Of a stretch of DNA of 64,000 nt, positions 1-21,317 are shown piece by piece; within the stretch, counting starts at the first letter, position 1; each line of letters begins with the position of its first letter. The stretch is taken from NCBI GenBank assembly GCA_000004695.1, contig CM000151.3, positions 4,768,001 through 4,832,000 of the forward strand, in the 5' to 3' direction. A program made the position numbers and the translations under genes. Origin of the DNA: Dictyostelium discoideum (lineage: Eukaryota). The notes under the pieces are model-generated. The model saw only the letters and a list, made by a program, of their open reading frames with translations, made no database searches and was not told the origin of the DNA.

Positions 1-103
1 CTTTTTAAAATTTTATTTATTTTTTTTTTAACTTTTAATTTATTTTTAATATATACATTAGTTTTATTTGTTTTTATTTATGTTTTTTTTTAAGTATTTA
101 TAA

Positions 104-5452
<5,349 letters not shown>

Positions 5453-5454
5453 TG

Positions 5455-5578
<124 letters not shown>

Positions 5579-6046
5579 TTATTATTATTATTATTATTAT
5601 TATTATATTAATTATTATTATTATATCAATTATGGAATTATTTTATTATTATTATTATTATTATTTTATTACTATTTTTATAATTATTATTATTAATTAC
5701 TGCTATTATTTTTAATAATCTTATTAATATTATTTAATTTAAAAAGTATTTATTTATTTATTTTATTTGTTATTTATTTATTTTATTTTTTATTTATTTA
5801 TTTATTTATTTTAATATACAATATGGGTTGCTACTATTATTATTATTTTTTTTTTTTTTTTTTTTTTTAAAGTGTTTAATTTTAAAATTAAATGTTTTTT
5901 TTTTATTAGTATCTGTGTATTTATATATATATATATTATTTATTTTTATTTTTTTTTTTTATTTTTTTTTTTTTGTGTGTATTTCATAAAAATATTATTA
6001 TAATTTTATGGGTTTATGTGATGTTATTGTTATTTATTATATGATG

Positions 6047-6084
<38 letters not shown>

Positions 6085-6247
6085 AATTGATGTGGGATTG
6101 TATTTGTGTTGTGTTTTGAAGGATATGTCAACCAATATATCTTTATTAAAAAAATAAAAAATTTAAAATTAAAATTAACAAAAATAAATAAAAAAAAAAA
6201 AAAGTTATTTTTCAAATTATAAAATTTTTTTTTTTTTTTTTTTTTTT

Positions 6248-6281
<34 letters not shown>

Positions 6282-8049
6282 TTGATCTCTATGAAGCGAT
6301 TTTTTGTGTTGTTTTTCTTTTTAGATCAGCATATTATTTTTATTTTTTTTATTTTTATTTTTTTTTTTAATATTAAGGTAAAGGGGGTAGATGTATTATG
6401 ATTTTGATATTGATAACTAGAGAGTATGCTTAGATTTGAATTAATGTTATTTTTATAACTATACTACTACTATTACTACTATTCACTACTACCCTCATCA
6501 ATATAAATAGAGACCGATGATGTGATATAATTAACCTTTAATCAAATTCATAAGTGAATGTGTTTTTTATTTTATTTTTATTTTTTATTTTTTATTTTTT
6601 TATTTTTTATTATTATTTCTATTTTTTTATTTTTTTTATTTCTATTTTTATTTTCCTTTCTTTTAATTTATTTTATTTTTTGTTGTTGTTGTTGTTGTTG
6701 TGGTTTTGTGTGTGTGAGTGCGAAAACTTTTATTTAAAAAATTACCTTTATAACTTTGTGTTTTATGTGTATTATGAGTGTGGAAAAGATCTTTTAATTT
6801 TTTTTTTTTTTTTTTAATTGAAAAACTTAATATATACACAAAAGAAAAAAAAAAATTTTAAAATTTAAGAAAAAAAAAAAAAAGGAAAACAAAAAAAAAA
6901 AAAAGATTTCTTTTTTTTTTTTTTTTGATTATTTTTTTTAACCTGTTTTTTAAAATTTTTTGGTATAAATAAAAAAAAAAAAAAAATTGTTTAGTGTCGG
7001 AATGTTATCCGTTTTGAGAAAAAAAAAAAAAAATAAATGAAAATAAAAATAAAAATATATTTTACAAAAAAAAAAAAAAAAAAAAATAAAAAAAATAACA
7101 AAAATAAAAAAAAATTAAAATAAAAAAACTTTTGGACCTAAAATATTTATTTTTTTTTATTTTTTTTTTATTTTTTTTTTTATTTTCAAGGCAATAATTA
7201 TTTAAATACTTTTTAGTGATAGAAAAAAAAAAAAAAGAAATCATAATTGACAAGTCATATTTTATTTCAATTTAAAAATAATATATAACATCAGATCCTA
7301 AAAAAAAAATAAAAAAATAAAAAAATAAAAAAATAAAAAAATAAAATAAAATAAAATAGAATAAAATAAAATAAAAATTTTTTAAAAAAGGAGTTTATAA
7401 AAACGTAATTTATTTTTTATTGTTATTTTTATTTTAATTTTTTTGTTATTATTATTTTTTTTCTTTTTCTTTGATAGGAAAAAAAAAAAAAAAAAAAAAT
7501 ATGATCACAATAGATATATACATCATTATTACATTATTTTATATCACATTTATCAATAAGATAATTACCTTTTTATTATTATTATTTTTTTTTTTTTATT
7601 ATTATTTTTTTTATTATTATTATTATTTTTTCTATTTTTATTATTATTATTATTATTATTTTTTCTATTTTTTTTTATTATTATTTTATTTAAAAACCCC
7701 CCTGCCTTAGAAAGGAAATGATAATAAAACCAATGGTTTTTAATAATTTACAAAAAAAAAAAAAAATTAAATTTATGAAGATTGATTCAATTAATTTTTT
7801 TTTAGATCATTTTACAAATTAATTTTTTTTTATTTTTATTTTTATTTTGATTTTGATTTTGATTAAAAAAAAAAAAAAAATAAAAATAAAAAAGAAATCA
7901 ACTTTAAAGATTTAAAAATAAAAAAAGATATCAAATTTTATTTTATTTTATTTTATTTTTTTCTAACTGATTTTTTTAATTAATAGTAATTAACAACTTT
8001 ACCATTTATTTTTTTTTAATACTCATTGCTTTAAAAAATTCATTATTGT

Positions 8050-8085
<36 letters not shown>

Positions 8086-8105
8086 AATATTTTTTTTTTT
8101 TATTA

Positions 8106-8968
8106 TTAATCATTATTATTATTAATATCAATAGTTTGACTATCATCTAAAGGTTGTTGAGATTGTTGTAATGGTTGTTCACTATTTGTTGATATTGATA
8201 TTGAAACATTTGGTTGTGATAAAATTACAGGATTTTGAGAATTTTGTCTACTTGAATATTCAGATTTAAGTTGTTGTTGAGAATATTTTGATTTACTTAC
8301 ACTTGAACTTTCATTATCAACATTGAATGAACTTAAATCAATTTCTAAATTTGCACCAGAATTTTTAATATTACTATTTGAATCATTAAGTGAACCTGCA
8401 CTAGAATTTGAATCTTTTGCAACTTTTTGAAATAAAAAGTAATTTTTCCAATGAGTGCCATCATCAGCCAATGCAACCATCACAACTATACATTGTGGGA
8501 ATTCCAATATGAATGTAACGAAAATTGCAGCATAACGATAATTTGAGTGTGTTGAAATCTTTGAAATCGCTACAACAATCTCTCTAACAATTAATCCTAA
8601 AACAATGAAAATTAAAATCAATGATAATCTTATAGTTCTTGCAATTGTTTTTTGAAATGTTTTAGATTTCTTATCTTGTTTTCTTAAATTTTTAATTAAA
8701 AAGAATCCATTTATAATTAAAAATGTACCCAACAATGCAACCATACAAATAAATCCTTTCCCACTAATTGATGCAACATATTGTGAATCATATTGACTAA
8801 TTAATATCATTAAAATTGTATTCCATGCAAATAATATCACTACAATTCCCCATGCTGAATACCATGTTTTTTTAATATTACCCAATGCTATCTTTTTACT
8901 TGAAAAAAATGTATATAATAATCTAACCCAAAAACAACCAATAAAAATCCTTTTTTTTTTAAATAAAG

Positions 8969-8999
<31 letters not shown>

Positions 9000-9118
9000 A
9001 TATTAATATATTTATTAAAATTAAAAAAAAAAAAAAAAAAAGGATTAAAAAATATCAAAACAAAAAAAAAAAACCTTTCCATTTTTGTTTTTTTAAAAAC
9101 CAAGGGTTTAAGTTTTTT

Positions 9119-9185
<67 letters not shown>

Positions 9186-9535
9186 TAAAATAATAATAAT
9201 AATGATAAATACCATTCAGTTGATAAAAACAAAGTTCCCCATATTACCAAATACCAACTTGGACTACCAGTTCTAGAGTTATGAAAACCTAATGCTAAAA
9301 ATGATTGGATACCTCTACATAATGGAAACAATGTAATACTAACAAATGTAAAAAATCTTGGTGTTGGTTTCCTTCCTTTTCTATATAATGACCTAAATTC
9401 AAAATAGGTTTGAAATAAATTTAAAATGAATAAAATTGAAAATGATACGCCCCTTATTACATAAAATGCTTTAACAACTTCATCATATTCTTTATCGCCA
9501 GTATATGGGAATTCAGCATTGACATCATTTTCCAT
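8106..9535 (-). CDS. Seven-transmembrane membrane protein, ~388 aa. Model: complement(join(8106..8949,9213..9535)) with a phase-2 intron ~8950..9212 (donor TG|GTATTT, acceptor ...AAAAAAAAAAG|G)
   Basis: Exon 1 (MENDVNAEFPYTGDKEY...LSTE) and exon 2 (IFIGCFWVRLLYTFFSSKKIALGNIKKTWYSAWGIVVILFAW...) together give seven hydrophobic ~20-aa segments. The C-terminal ~120 aa are Ser/Asn/Gln-rich and cytosolic-looking. The exon-2 frame stays open upstream of the ORF-track Met back to the proposed acceptor. I cannot place the family from the sequence alone (possibly DUF1084/TOM1-like or another 7TM family); it is not a cAR-type cAMP receptor. Confidence 0.5.
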
Positions 9536-10601
9536 TTTTTTTTTATTTTTTTTATATTTATATTATTTTTTTATTTATTTTTATTTTGATTATTTTTAAA
9601 TTATATTATCTATTTTCAAATTTATTTAATTATTTTATTTTTATTTTTTTTATTATATTTTAATTATTTATTTATTATTATTATTAATTAATTAATTAAT
9701 TTTTTTATTTATTTACTTATTTATTTAATTATTTTTTTTATTTTGTTTTAATAAAAAATAAATAAAATAATTTTTTTTTTTTTTTGACTAAAATTTTATT
9801 TGATCTTCTAATTTACAATACAATAAAATTACTATCTGTAATTTTATTTGATTTTTTTTATTATACAAAAATAAGATTAAAAAAAAAAAAAAAAAAAAAA
9901 AAAGATTTTTAAAAAAAGAAAAAAAAGAAATATAAAAAAAGAAAAAGCTTCTAAAAAAAAAAAAAATAAAAAAAAAAAAATATTTTAATCAAAACAGTTT
10001 TAAAAATAAAAATAAATGATAAAGAGTAAAAAAAATTTCATATCAAATGATTCACCCAAATCATACATTCGATTAGATATTTATAATTTTTTTTTTTCGG
10101 TTAATTATTTTTTTTTAAAAACCACACACGAAAATGTTCATATAAAAAAAAAAACCCTGCATAAAAAAAAAGGTGTTTTTAATGGAAAAAATGAAAAAAA
10201 CCAAAAAATTTAAAATGCGATTTAAAATGAATAAAATTGATAAAATGAAATAAAAAAAAAAATTTAAAATTTAAAAAATTTATAAAAAAAATAAATAAAA
10301 ATAAAATATAAATAATAAAAAATAAAATATAAAGTTTATTAATAAAATATTAATCTTATTAATTTAATTTTAAAATCAAAATATTTTTAACAATTTTTTT
10401 AAAATTTTTAATATAATTCTAAAACTTAATAAAAAAAAATATTAAAATATAAAAAAAATAAAAAAAAATAAAAAAAAAAAAATGAAAAAAAAAAACCATC
10501 AGATTTGGCTGCAAATCAATTCGTTAGTGATGTGAATAATTAAATGATTAATTTTTTAATTTTTTTTGGCAAACCACAAGAAAAACTTTTAAATATCCAA
10601 C

Positions 10602-10639
<38 letters not shown>

Positions 10640-10747
10640 CAAAGCAAGATATTCCCAAATAATTTGACCATTTTTTTTTTTTATTCTGTTTTTAATTTTA
10701 TGGTGGTTTTTAAAATTTTTTTTTTTTATTTTTTTTATTTTATTTTC

Positions 10748-14720
<3,973 letters not shown>

Positions 14721-15186
14721 TTTTTTGTTTTTTTTTTTGTATTAATAAATGGTTGTAATTTTTATAAATATATTATTAAAAAAATGAATATAAGGTATAT
14801 TGATTTTAAATGTGAAAAGTAATAATTAAATAAAAAAAAATAAAATAAAATAAAAAAACAAGAAAAAAAAAAAAAAAAAAATGAAAAAAATAAAAATTGT
14901 GCAAAATAAAAAAAAAATAAAAAATAAAAAAAATTTAATTATTTTTCCATATTACCACCACACTTTTGGAATTTTGGTATATATTGAAAAATAAAAAATA
15001 TGTTTATTTGATTTATTTAAAAATAAAATAAAGTATTTATTAAATTTTTATTTTTTTAAAATTTTAATTTAATTTTATAACTTTGAAAAATATATTTGAA
15101 CTTTTTGACAAATAAAATATTTTAAATTGAAAATCATTAAACACTTCCTTTTTTTTTATAATCTGGAAAACTTTGTTTTTTAATTT

Positions 15187-16498
15187 TTAATTTTTAATTT
15201 TTTTTCTTTCTGAACTACATTCACTACAATTGAATGATTTAAAAGGTGGTACACAATGAATATAAACACCAATTGTTAAACAAGCCATAATTGGACCAAC
15301 CATATATGGCCAAATATTTTCAAATTTTGATAAAACAATCGCTGGTGATAAACATCTTGCAATATTAAAACCAAAGATATAATTGGGTGCAATACCACCA
15401 GATGCTATAATTGAAAGACATAACATTCCTGAAATGAAAAATGAACCTGTAATTGGTCCTAAAAAAGGTGTTTGACGTGGATCAAGTGCCGTTCCAAAAG
15501 AAACATACAAATTAAATAGTGAAAGCATATATTCTAACCCTAATGCTCCACTTGGTGTTATAGATTGTCCAAATGAGCACATACCTAAATTTCCTCTACT
15601 CATAACATCATTTGGTAAAATTCCTTTAATTATAGCTGACCCAATAACTCCACCAACAATTTGTGCAATCATATAAATTATACATCTTATAACTTTTTTA
15701 TTATAAAATATTAGTAATTATTTAAATAAATAAAATAAAATAAAATAAAAAATACATACAAGAAGTATAACCAGCGAAAAATGTTGCTAATGTAATTGAT
15801 GGATTTAAATGACCACCACTAACAGGTGCACATGCTAAAATTAATAAAAATAATAATGGTATATGTAAAAGACCACTTAATATTGGTACTTTATAATTTG
15901 GTACACTATTTGATAATTGTTGTAATGTGAAATCATCTAAATTTGAAATATATGAAAAATTGAAATAATTTATAGAGGATGTAAATATTGCTATAGACAT
16001 AAACATGAAAAGTGCTGTACCAACCATTTCAGTAATTGCTGCCCTATATAATCCAATATTATATAGTTCATTTATACCTGAAATAAAATTTAATTTCTCT
16101 ATACACTTTTCTTTAAATGATTTTAATTTAATTTGAGGTGATGATGATGGTGATGGAGATGGTATTTTTCCAATATTTTCTTCCTCTTGACCTTCTTTTA
16201 TTATTACAATTTCTTTTTCATCCTCTTCTTCTTTTAGTTTTGTTTCAAAATCTGATAATTCTATACCTTGATCATTTTCGGTATCAATATCTTCATGATT
16301 ATGATCAAGTGATTTTTCAAGTGAAATTGATTGTTGTTTTTGTAGTTGTCTATTATATTGTATTAAACTTCCTTGGTAAAATGGTATTTCAACATATCTT
16401 ATTGTTTTTTTGGGTATTCTCCTTCTAAATCTTAAATTATGAGTTCTTTTATTATTATTATTATTATTATTTACTTTATCGTCATCCATTTTTATCAC
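15187..16498 (-). CDS. Aquaporin/MIP-family channel with non-canonical filter motifs (NPS ... NIA), ~414 aa. Model: complement(join(15187..15692,15760..16498)) with a phase-1 intron (donor T|GTATGT, acceptor AAAAAAG|TT)
   Basis: 'SGGHLNPSITLATFFAGYTS' + 'F' + 'IRCIIYMIAQIVGGVIGSAI' aligns position-for-position with AQP1 '[41 protein letters not shown]'. The second half-helix 'FGFNIARCLSPAIVLSKFENIWPYMVGPIMACL' aligns with '[33 protein letters not shown]'. There is a long N-terminal cytosolic extension with poly-N and acidic stretches. Confidence 0.75.
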
Positions 16499-16750
16499 AT
16501 ATGTATTTTTACAATTTTATCGATAATATATAATAAGAGGGAAAAAAAAAAATAATAAATAAAATTATTAATAACAAAAATAAAAAAAATAAAAAAAATA
16601 AAAACAGTTCGCGAATTTTGGGATATTTTAAGACTATAAACTCGGTGTCATTTTCCGAATTTTATTTTTATTTTTTTTTTTTTTCAAATATTAAAATAAG
16701 ATTAAATTTGAATTCATTCTTTTTATTGGATGTCAAAAAATGTATTCCAG

Positions 16751-16788
<38 letters not shown>

Positions 16789-16887
16789 TGATTTATGGAT
16801 GGTATATATATTTTTTTTTTTACATTTATTTATTTATTTATTTTATTTTTAATTTTTTTTTTTTATTTTTTTATTTTTTTATTTTTT

Positions 16888-18574
16888 TTATTCTACATCA
16901 GTTAATCTAAAAACATAAACATATGGTGGATAATCTTGTGGTGCAACCATTGGAATGTTTAGTGTAATACCAGGTTTTGTTGATTCAATTGGTAATGATA
17001 CTTCAACACCTTTTTCACCTTTTAAACCTAATAAAGTTGCTTCTGTTTTATTATTACCAATTGGATCACTTAAAATTAAAACACCATCATCTGGTAATTC
17101 AAATACAAATGCATAAACATTACCATTGGTAGTATTTGTAGTATACCAGATGTTAAAAGTCATATTTTGAACTCTCCATGGTGAACTACCATAAATTGAT
17201 TCAGAATTAATTGATAACCAATTACCAATCTCTAATAAACGGTCAACCATATTATTTGGAATTGTACCTTGAGCATCTGGGCCTACATCCAATAAGAAAT
17301 TACCACCACATGCAACCGTTGTTACCAAATCAATTATTAACTCTGTAGCATTTTGATAATCAGTAGCCTGTTCATATTCATCATAACCATATGAATATCC
17401 AATGGTTGCACAATTTTCCCATTTATGTGATTGAAGTTTATATGGATTAAAATGGTCAGCACCAGTATAAAATCCACCATTCTTATCTCTACATTCACTT
17501 CCCCATCTATCATTTACAATTACTGTATCTTTAACACTACTATTTGTATATAACCAACTTAAAAATTCTGTTGATTTCCAATAATTACTTAATTGCATCC
17601 AATCACCATCTGCCCAAATTAATTCAGGTTCTAAAAAATTAAAAATTAAAAAAAAAAAAAAAAAAAAAATTATATTAATAAATATTTTTTAATTAATTAA
17701 TTAATTATATAATAAAAAACCACATACCATATGTTGTAACAATATCTTTTAATTGTTTCATTAAAATTTCATCAACATAAACTTGAGTTGTTGGGTTTTT
17801 ACCAGTTTCAGCATCTGCAAGATATAATGGATTAAACCATTCTATTTTTTTTTTTTTTTTTAAAAAAAAAAACAATATTAGTATTAAAATTAATAAATAA
17901 TAAATTTAATAAAATATTTACCAAATAAAGAATGATAAAGACCCATATGTAAACCCATGTTTTTAACAGATTTTGTTAACTCACCAACGATATCAATACC
18001 AGGACCAGTTTCAACAGAATTCCAATTCCATGATTGTTCACTATTCCAAAGGGTATAACCTTCATGATGTTTTGATGTTAAAACTACATATTTTGCACCA
18101 GATTTTTCAATTATTGATGCCCATTCATTAGCATCGAATAAACGACAATCAAATCTTGAAACGAAATCTTGATATGTAAAATTGGCTCCAAACTCTTTTT
18201 CATGATATCTTTGTGTTGCACCACCATCAGAACTTGGATTTTTTAATGTCCACCAATACCATTCTGCATATCCTCCATTTGCAAATGCTGGTACACTATA
18301 AATTCCAAAATGAATAAATATTCCAAACTTTACATCATCATACTATAATATATTATTATTATTATAAATTTTTTAAAAAAAAAAAAAAAAAATATTAATA
18401 AAAAGTAAAAAATAATAATTATAAAAATAATAATAATAATAATAATAAAAATATAATAATATTTACCCAACCTGGTAATGGTCTTGAATTAATTTGGTCC
18501 CATGTTGGTCCATACTGTTGAGATTTAATTAAATTTAATATTAACAATATAAAAAAAATGATTATCATCTTCAT
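16888..18574 (-). CDS. alfA: Alpha-L-fucosidase (GH29), ~461 aa. Model: complement(join(16888..17630,17728..17841,17922..18342,18467..18574))
   Basis: Exon 1 is a signal peptide (MKMIIIFFILLILNLIKSQQYGPTWDQINSRPLPGW). Exon 2 carries the GH29 N-terminal core 'YDDVKFGIFIHFGIYSVPAFANGGYAEWYWW...HHEGYTLWNS'. The last exon carries 'ACGGNFLLDVGPDAQGTIP'. All three introns begin GTAAAT/GTATGT, end AG, and their phases reconcile (108 + 421 + 114 + 743 nt). The symbol alfA is inferred from the known D. discoideum fucosidase gene name; identity to that locus is not verified. Confidence 0.8.
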
Positions 18575-18726
18575 TTTTTTTATTTTTTATTACTTTTTAT
18601 ATTATTATTACACCAATACTTGTAATCTAAAAGATGTGAAAAAACAAAAATAAAAAAATATAAAAAAAACAAAAACAAACCCCTTTTTTTTTTTATTAAT
18701 AATATTTTTATTTTTATATTTATATT

Positions 18727-18764
<38 letters not shown>

Positions 18765-19016
18765 GATCAGTTATACAAATATTTTTTTGAGAATGCCCCA
18801 ACAAAAATAAAAATAAAAATTAAAATAAAAATAAAAATAAAAATAAAAAAAACCCCCACCCCTACCCTATCTAATTAAATTTACAAAAAAAAAAAAAACA
18901 AAATCTATCTAACCAATCATGTTTTTTAAACCCTTTTTTTTACAATTTTTGGGCCAAATATTAAATTAAAAAAAAAGATGAGAAAATTGGATGATTGGGT
19001 AAAATAATATCAGATA

Positions 19017-19066
<50 letters not shown>

Positions 19067-19072
19067 GTTACC

Positions 19073-19340
19073 TTGAAAGAGGGAATAAAATAATTTATTT
19101 ATTGAATATTTTTGGTCCAGTAAGGAGTCAAAAGCTAAATTTTCAAATAAAACTAACCTCCTCTTCCCCCATAAAGAAGGAGTTTGAACGAGCAAATACG
19201 CGATCTCCTTGAAGAGCCGGACTCACGTATAACCCTCGCCCAAGGAGGAGATGTCTAACCATCTTTTAGCCCTAACCTCTTCCGGAAGAGCTCCCCACCC
19301 TCAGCCCCCGGATAATTTGATTTGATTTGATACAGTATTT
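19073..19340. other. GC-rich (~50% G+C) structured island flanked by poly(A) (19019-19063) and T-runs; candidate ncRNA or transposon end module
   Basis: The composition breaks sharply from the surrounding >85% A+T. It contains the perfect 14-nt palindrome CTCTTCCGGAAGAG and a second long hairpin (GATCTCCTTG...CAAGGAGGAGAT). No ORF and no tRNA-like A/B boxes are recognisable. Confidence 0.4.
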
Positions 19341-20346
19341 TTTTTTTCAGTAAATATCCTCACCTAAAGACCACCACATGGACTCATAACCACACACCTT
19401 CACCCAAAGACCACCACATACTGACGCATACCCACCCATCCAAACTCCATAAAATTGATACCTAAAAATACTGAATTAAAAATAATTGATTATTATTCTG
19501 TTTTTGCTTTTTATTATTTTATTTTTTTCTTTTTATTTATAATTATATATAATTCTTACCCTATAATCATAAAATATTAAATAGTTACCAATTGACCACC
19601 ACACCTAATACAAATGATACATTAATTAATTAATTTTTTTTTTTACAACACATACCTTCACCCAAAAACCACCACATGTTGACGCATACCCACCCATCCA
19701 ACCCCATTTGCTTTATACCTAAAAATACTGAATTTAAAATAATTAATTATTATTTTTTTCTTTTTATTTATAATTATATAATTCTTACCCTATAATCATA
19801 AAATATTAAATAGTTACCATATTACTACCACACCTAATACAAATGATTTTTTTTTTTTTTTTTTTCACAACAATCATCATTTGTATTAGGTGTGGTAGTA
19901 AATTGGTAACTATTTAATATTTTATGATTATAGGGTAAGAATTATATAATTATAAATAAAAAGAAAAAAATAATAATTAATTATTTTAAATTCAGTATTT
20001 TTAGGTATAAAGCAAATGGGGTTGGATGGGTGGGTATGCGTCAACATGTGGTGGTTTTTGGGTGAAGGTATGTGTTGTAAAAAAAAAAATTAATTAATTA
20101 ATGTATCATTTGTATTAGGTGTGGTGGTCAATTGGTAACTATTTAATATTTTATGACTGTAGGGTAAGAATTATATATAATTATAAATAAAAAGAAAAAT
20201 ATAAAATAATAAAAAGCAAAAACAGAATAAAAACCAATTATTTTTAATTCAGTCTTTTTAGGTATCAATTATATGGGGTTTTGGTTTTTGGGTGAAGGTA
20301 TGCGTTGTAAAAAAAAAAATTAATTAATTAATGTATCATTTGTATT

Positions 20347-20393
<47 letters not shown>

Positions 20394-20626
20394 TTTTCAC
20401 CACACACACCTTCACCTAAAGATCACCACATGTTGACGAATACCCACCCATCCAACCCCATTTAATTGATACCTAAAAATACTAAATTTAAAATAATTAT
20501 TATTCTGTTTTTGCTTACTATTATTTTATTTCTTTTCTTTTTATTTATAATTATATAATTCTTACCCTATAAAACATAAAATATTTATGACTTACCTTAA
20601 AGTTCATCAATTGACCTCATACAAAT

Positions 20627-20680
<54 letters not shown>

Positions 20681-20900
20681 CACAACACATACATTCACCT
20701 AAAGACCACCACATGTTGACGAATACCCACCCATCCAACCCATATGCTTTATACCTAAAAATACTAAATTTAAAATAATTTATTATTATTCTGTTTTTTC
20801 TTTTTATTCATATGATAAAAATATTTAATCTACCACCTATAAATTAAATTAAAAATACCTACCTTGAAAGACCACTCACCGTATGACGCACACACATAAT
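19340..20900. mobile_element. Cluster of ~8 copies of a ~230-250-bp repeat unit that carries a poly(A) tail in one orientation. Four copies form an imperfect ~1-kb palindrome (arms 19380..19858 and 19874..20345, centred on a T15 run at 19859..19873). Two further direct copies lie at ~20396..20640 and ~20685..20900
   Basis: The unit is (plus-strand orientation) poly(T)-CACAACACATACCTTCACCCAAAGACCACCACATGTTGACGCATACCCACCCATCCAACCCCA...CCTAAAAATACTGAATTTAAAATAATT...TTATAATTATATAATTCTTACCCTATAATCATAAAATATTAAATAGTTACC...ACCACACCTAATACAAATGA. Exact reverse complements (e.g. GGTAACTATTTAATATTTTATGATTATAGGGTAAGAATTATATAATTATAAATAAAAAG) appear at 19874..20105 and again at 20105..20345. Family assignment (TRE, DIRS, thug, DDT or other) is not possible from memory. 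Confidence 0.7.
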
Positions 20901-21143
20901 AAATATAATTATTATTATTAATTTTTTTTTTTAATTAGTTTTTTATTTTTATTTTTATTTATGTTTTTATTTTTATTCTAATTTAATATTATTTAAATAA
21001 TAAAGAAAAAGGTGAATTAAGTGTATTTCTAAAATTCTATTACTCTCTATCACAATATTTATTTGTTTGCTATAAAATAAAAATAAATAAAAATATAAAA
21101 AAAAAAAAAATTGAAACATTTTTTTTTCCAAATTTGAACACAC

Positions 21144-21175
<32 letters not shown>

Positions 21176-21317
21176 AATTTAATAAATTTATTTATTCATT
21201 ATTTTTAAAAAAAGACATATATTTTATTTGGAAACACCATTATTATATTCTTTATTGAATTCTCCAAGAAAAAAAAAAAAAAAAAAAATTAAGTACGGTA
21301 GTGAATAAATTTATTTT

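Noticed and set aside
8888-9103. 71-aa minus-strand ORF rich in poly-F
   Set aside because: It lies inside the proposed intron of the 7TM gene and is a translation of a poly(T) run. Only its last codons overlap the region near the acceptor, and in a different frame.
19073-19340. A tRNA gene or tRNA-derived SINE head in the GC-rich island (which would explain a TRE-type retroelement nearby)
   Set aside because: I could not find a convincing box A / box B (GGTTCGANTCC) or a cloverleaf on either strand. 'GGAGTTTGAACGAGC' is only a weak resemblance. Left as an unclassified structured island.
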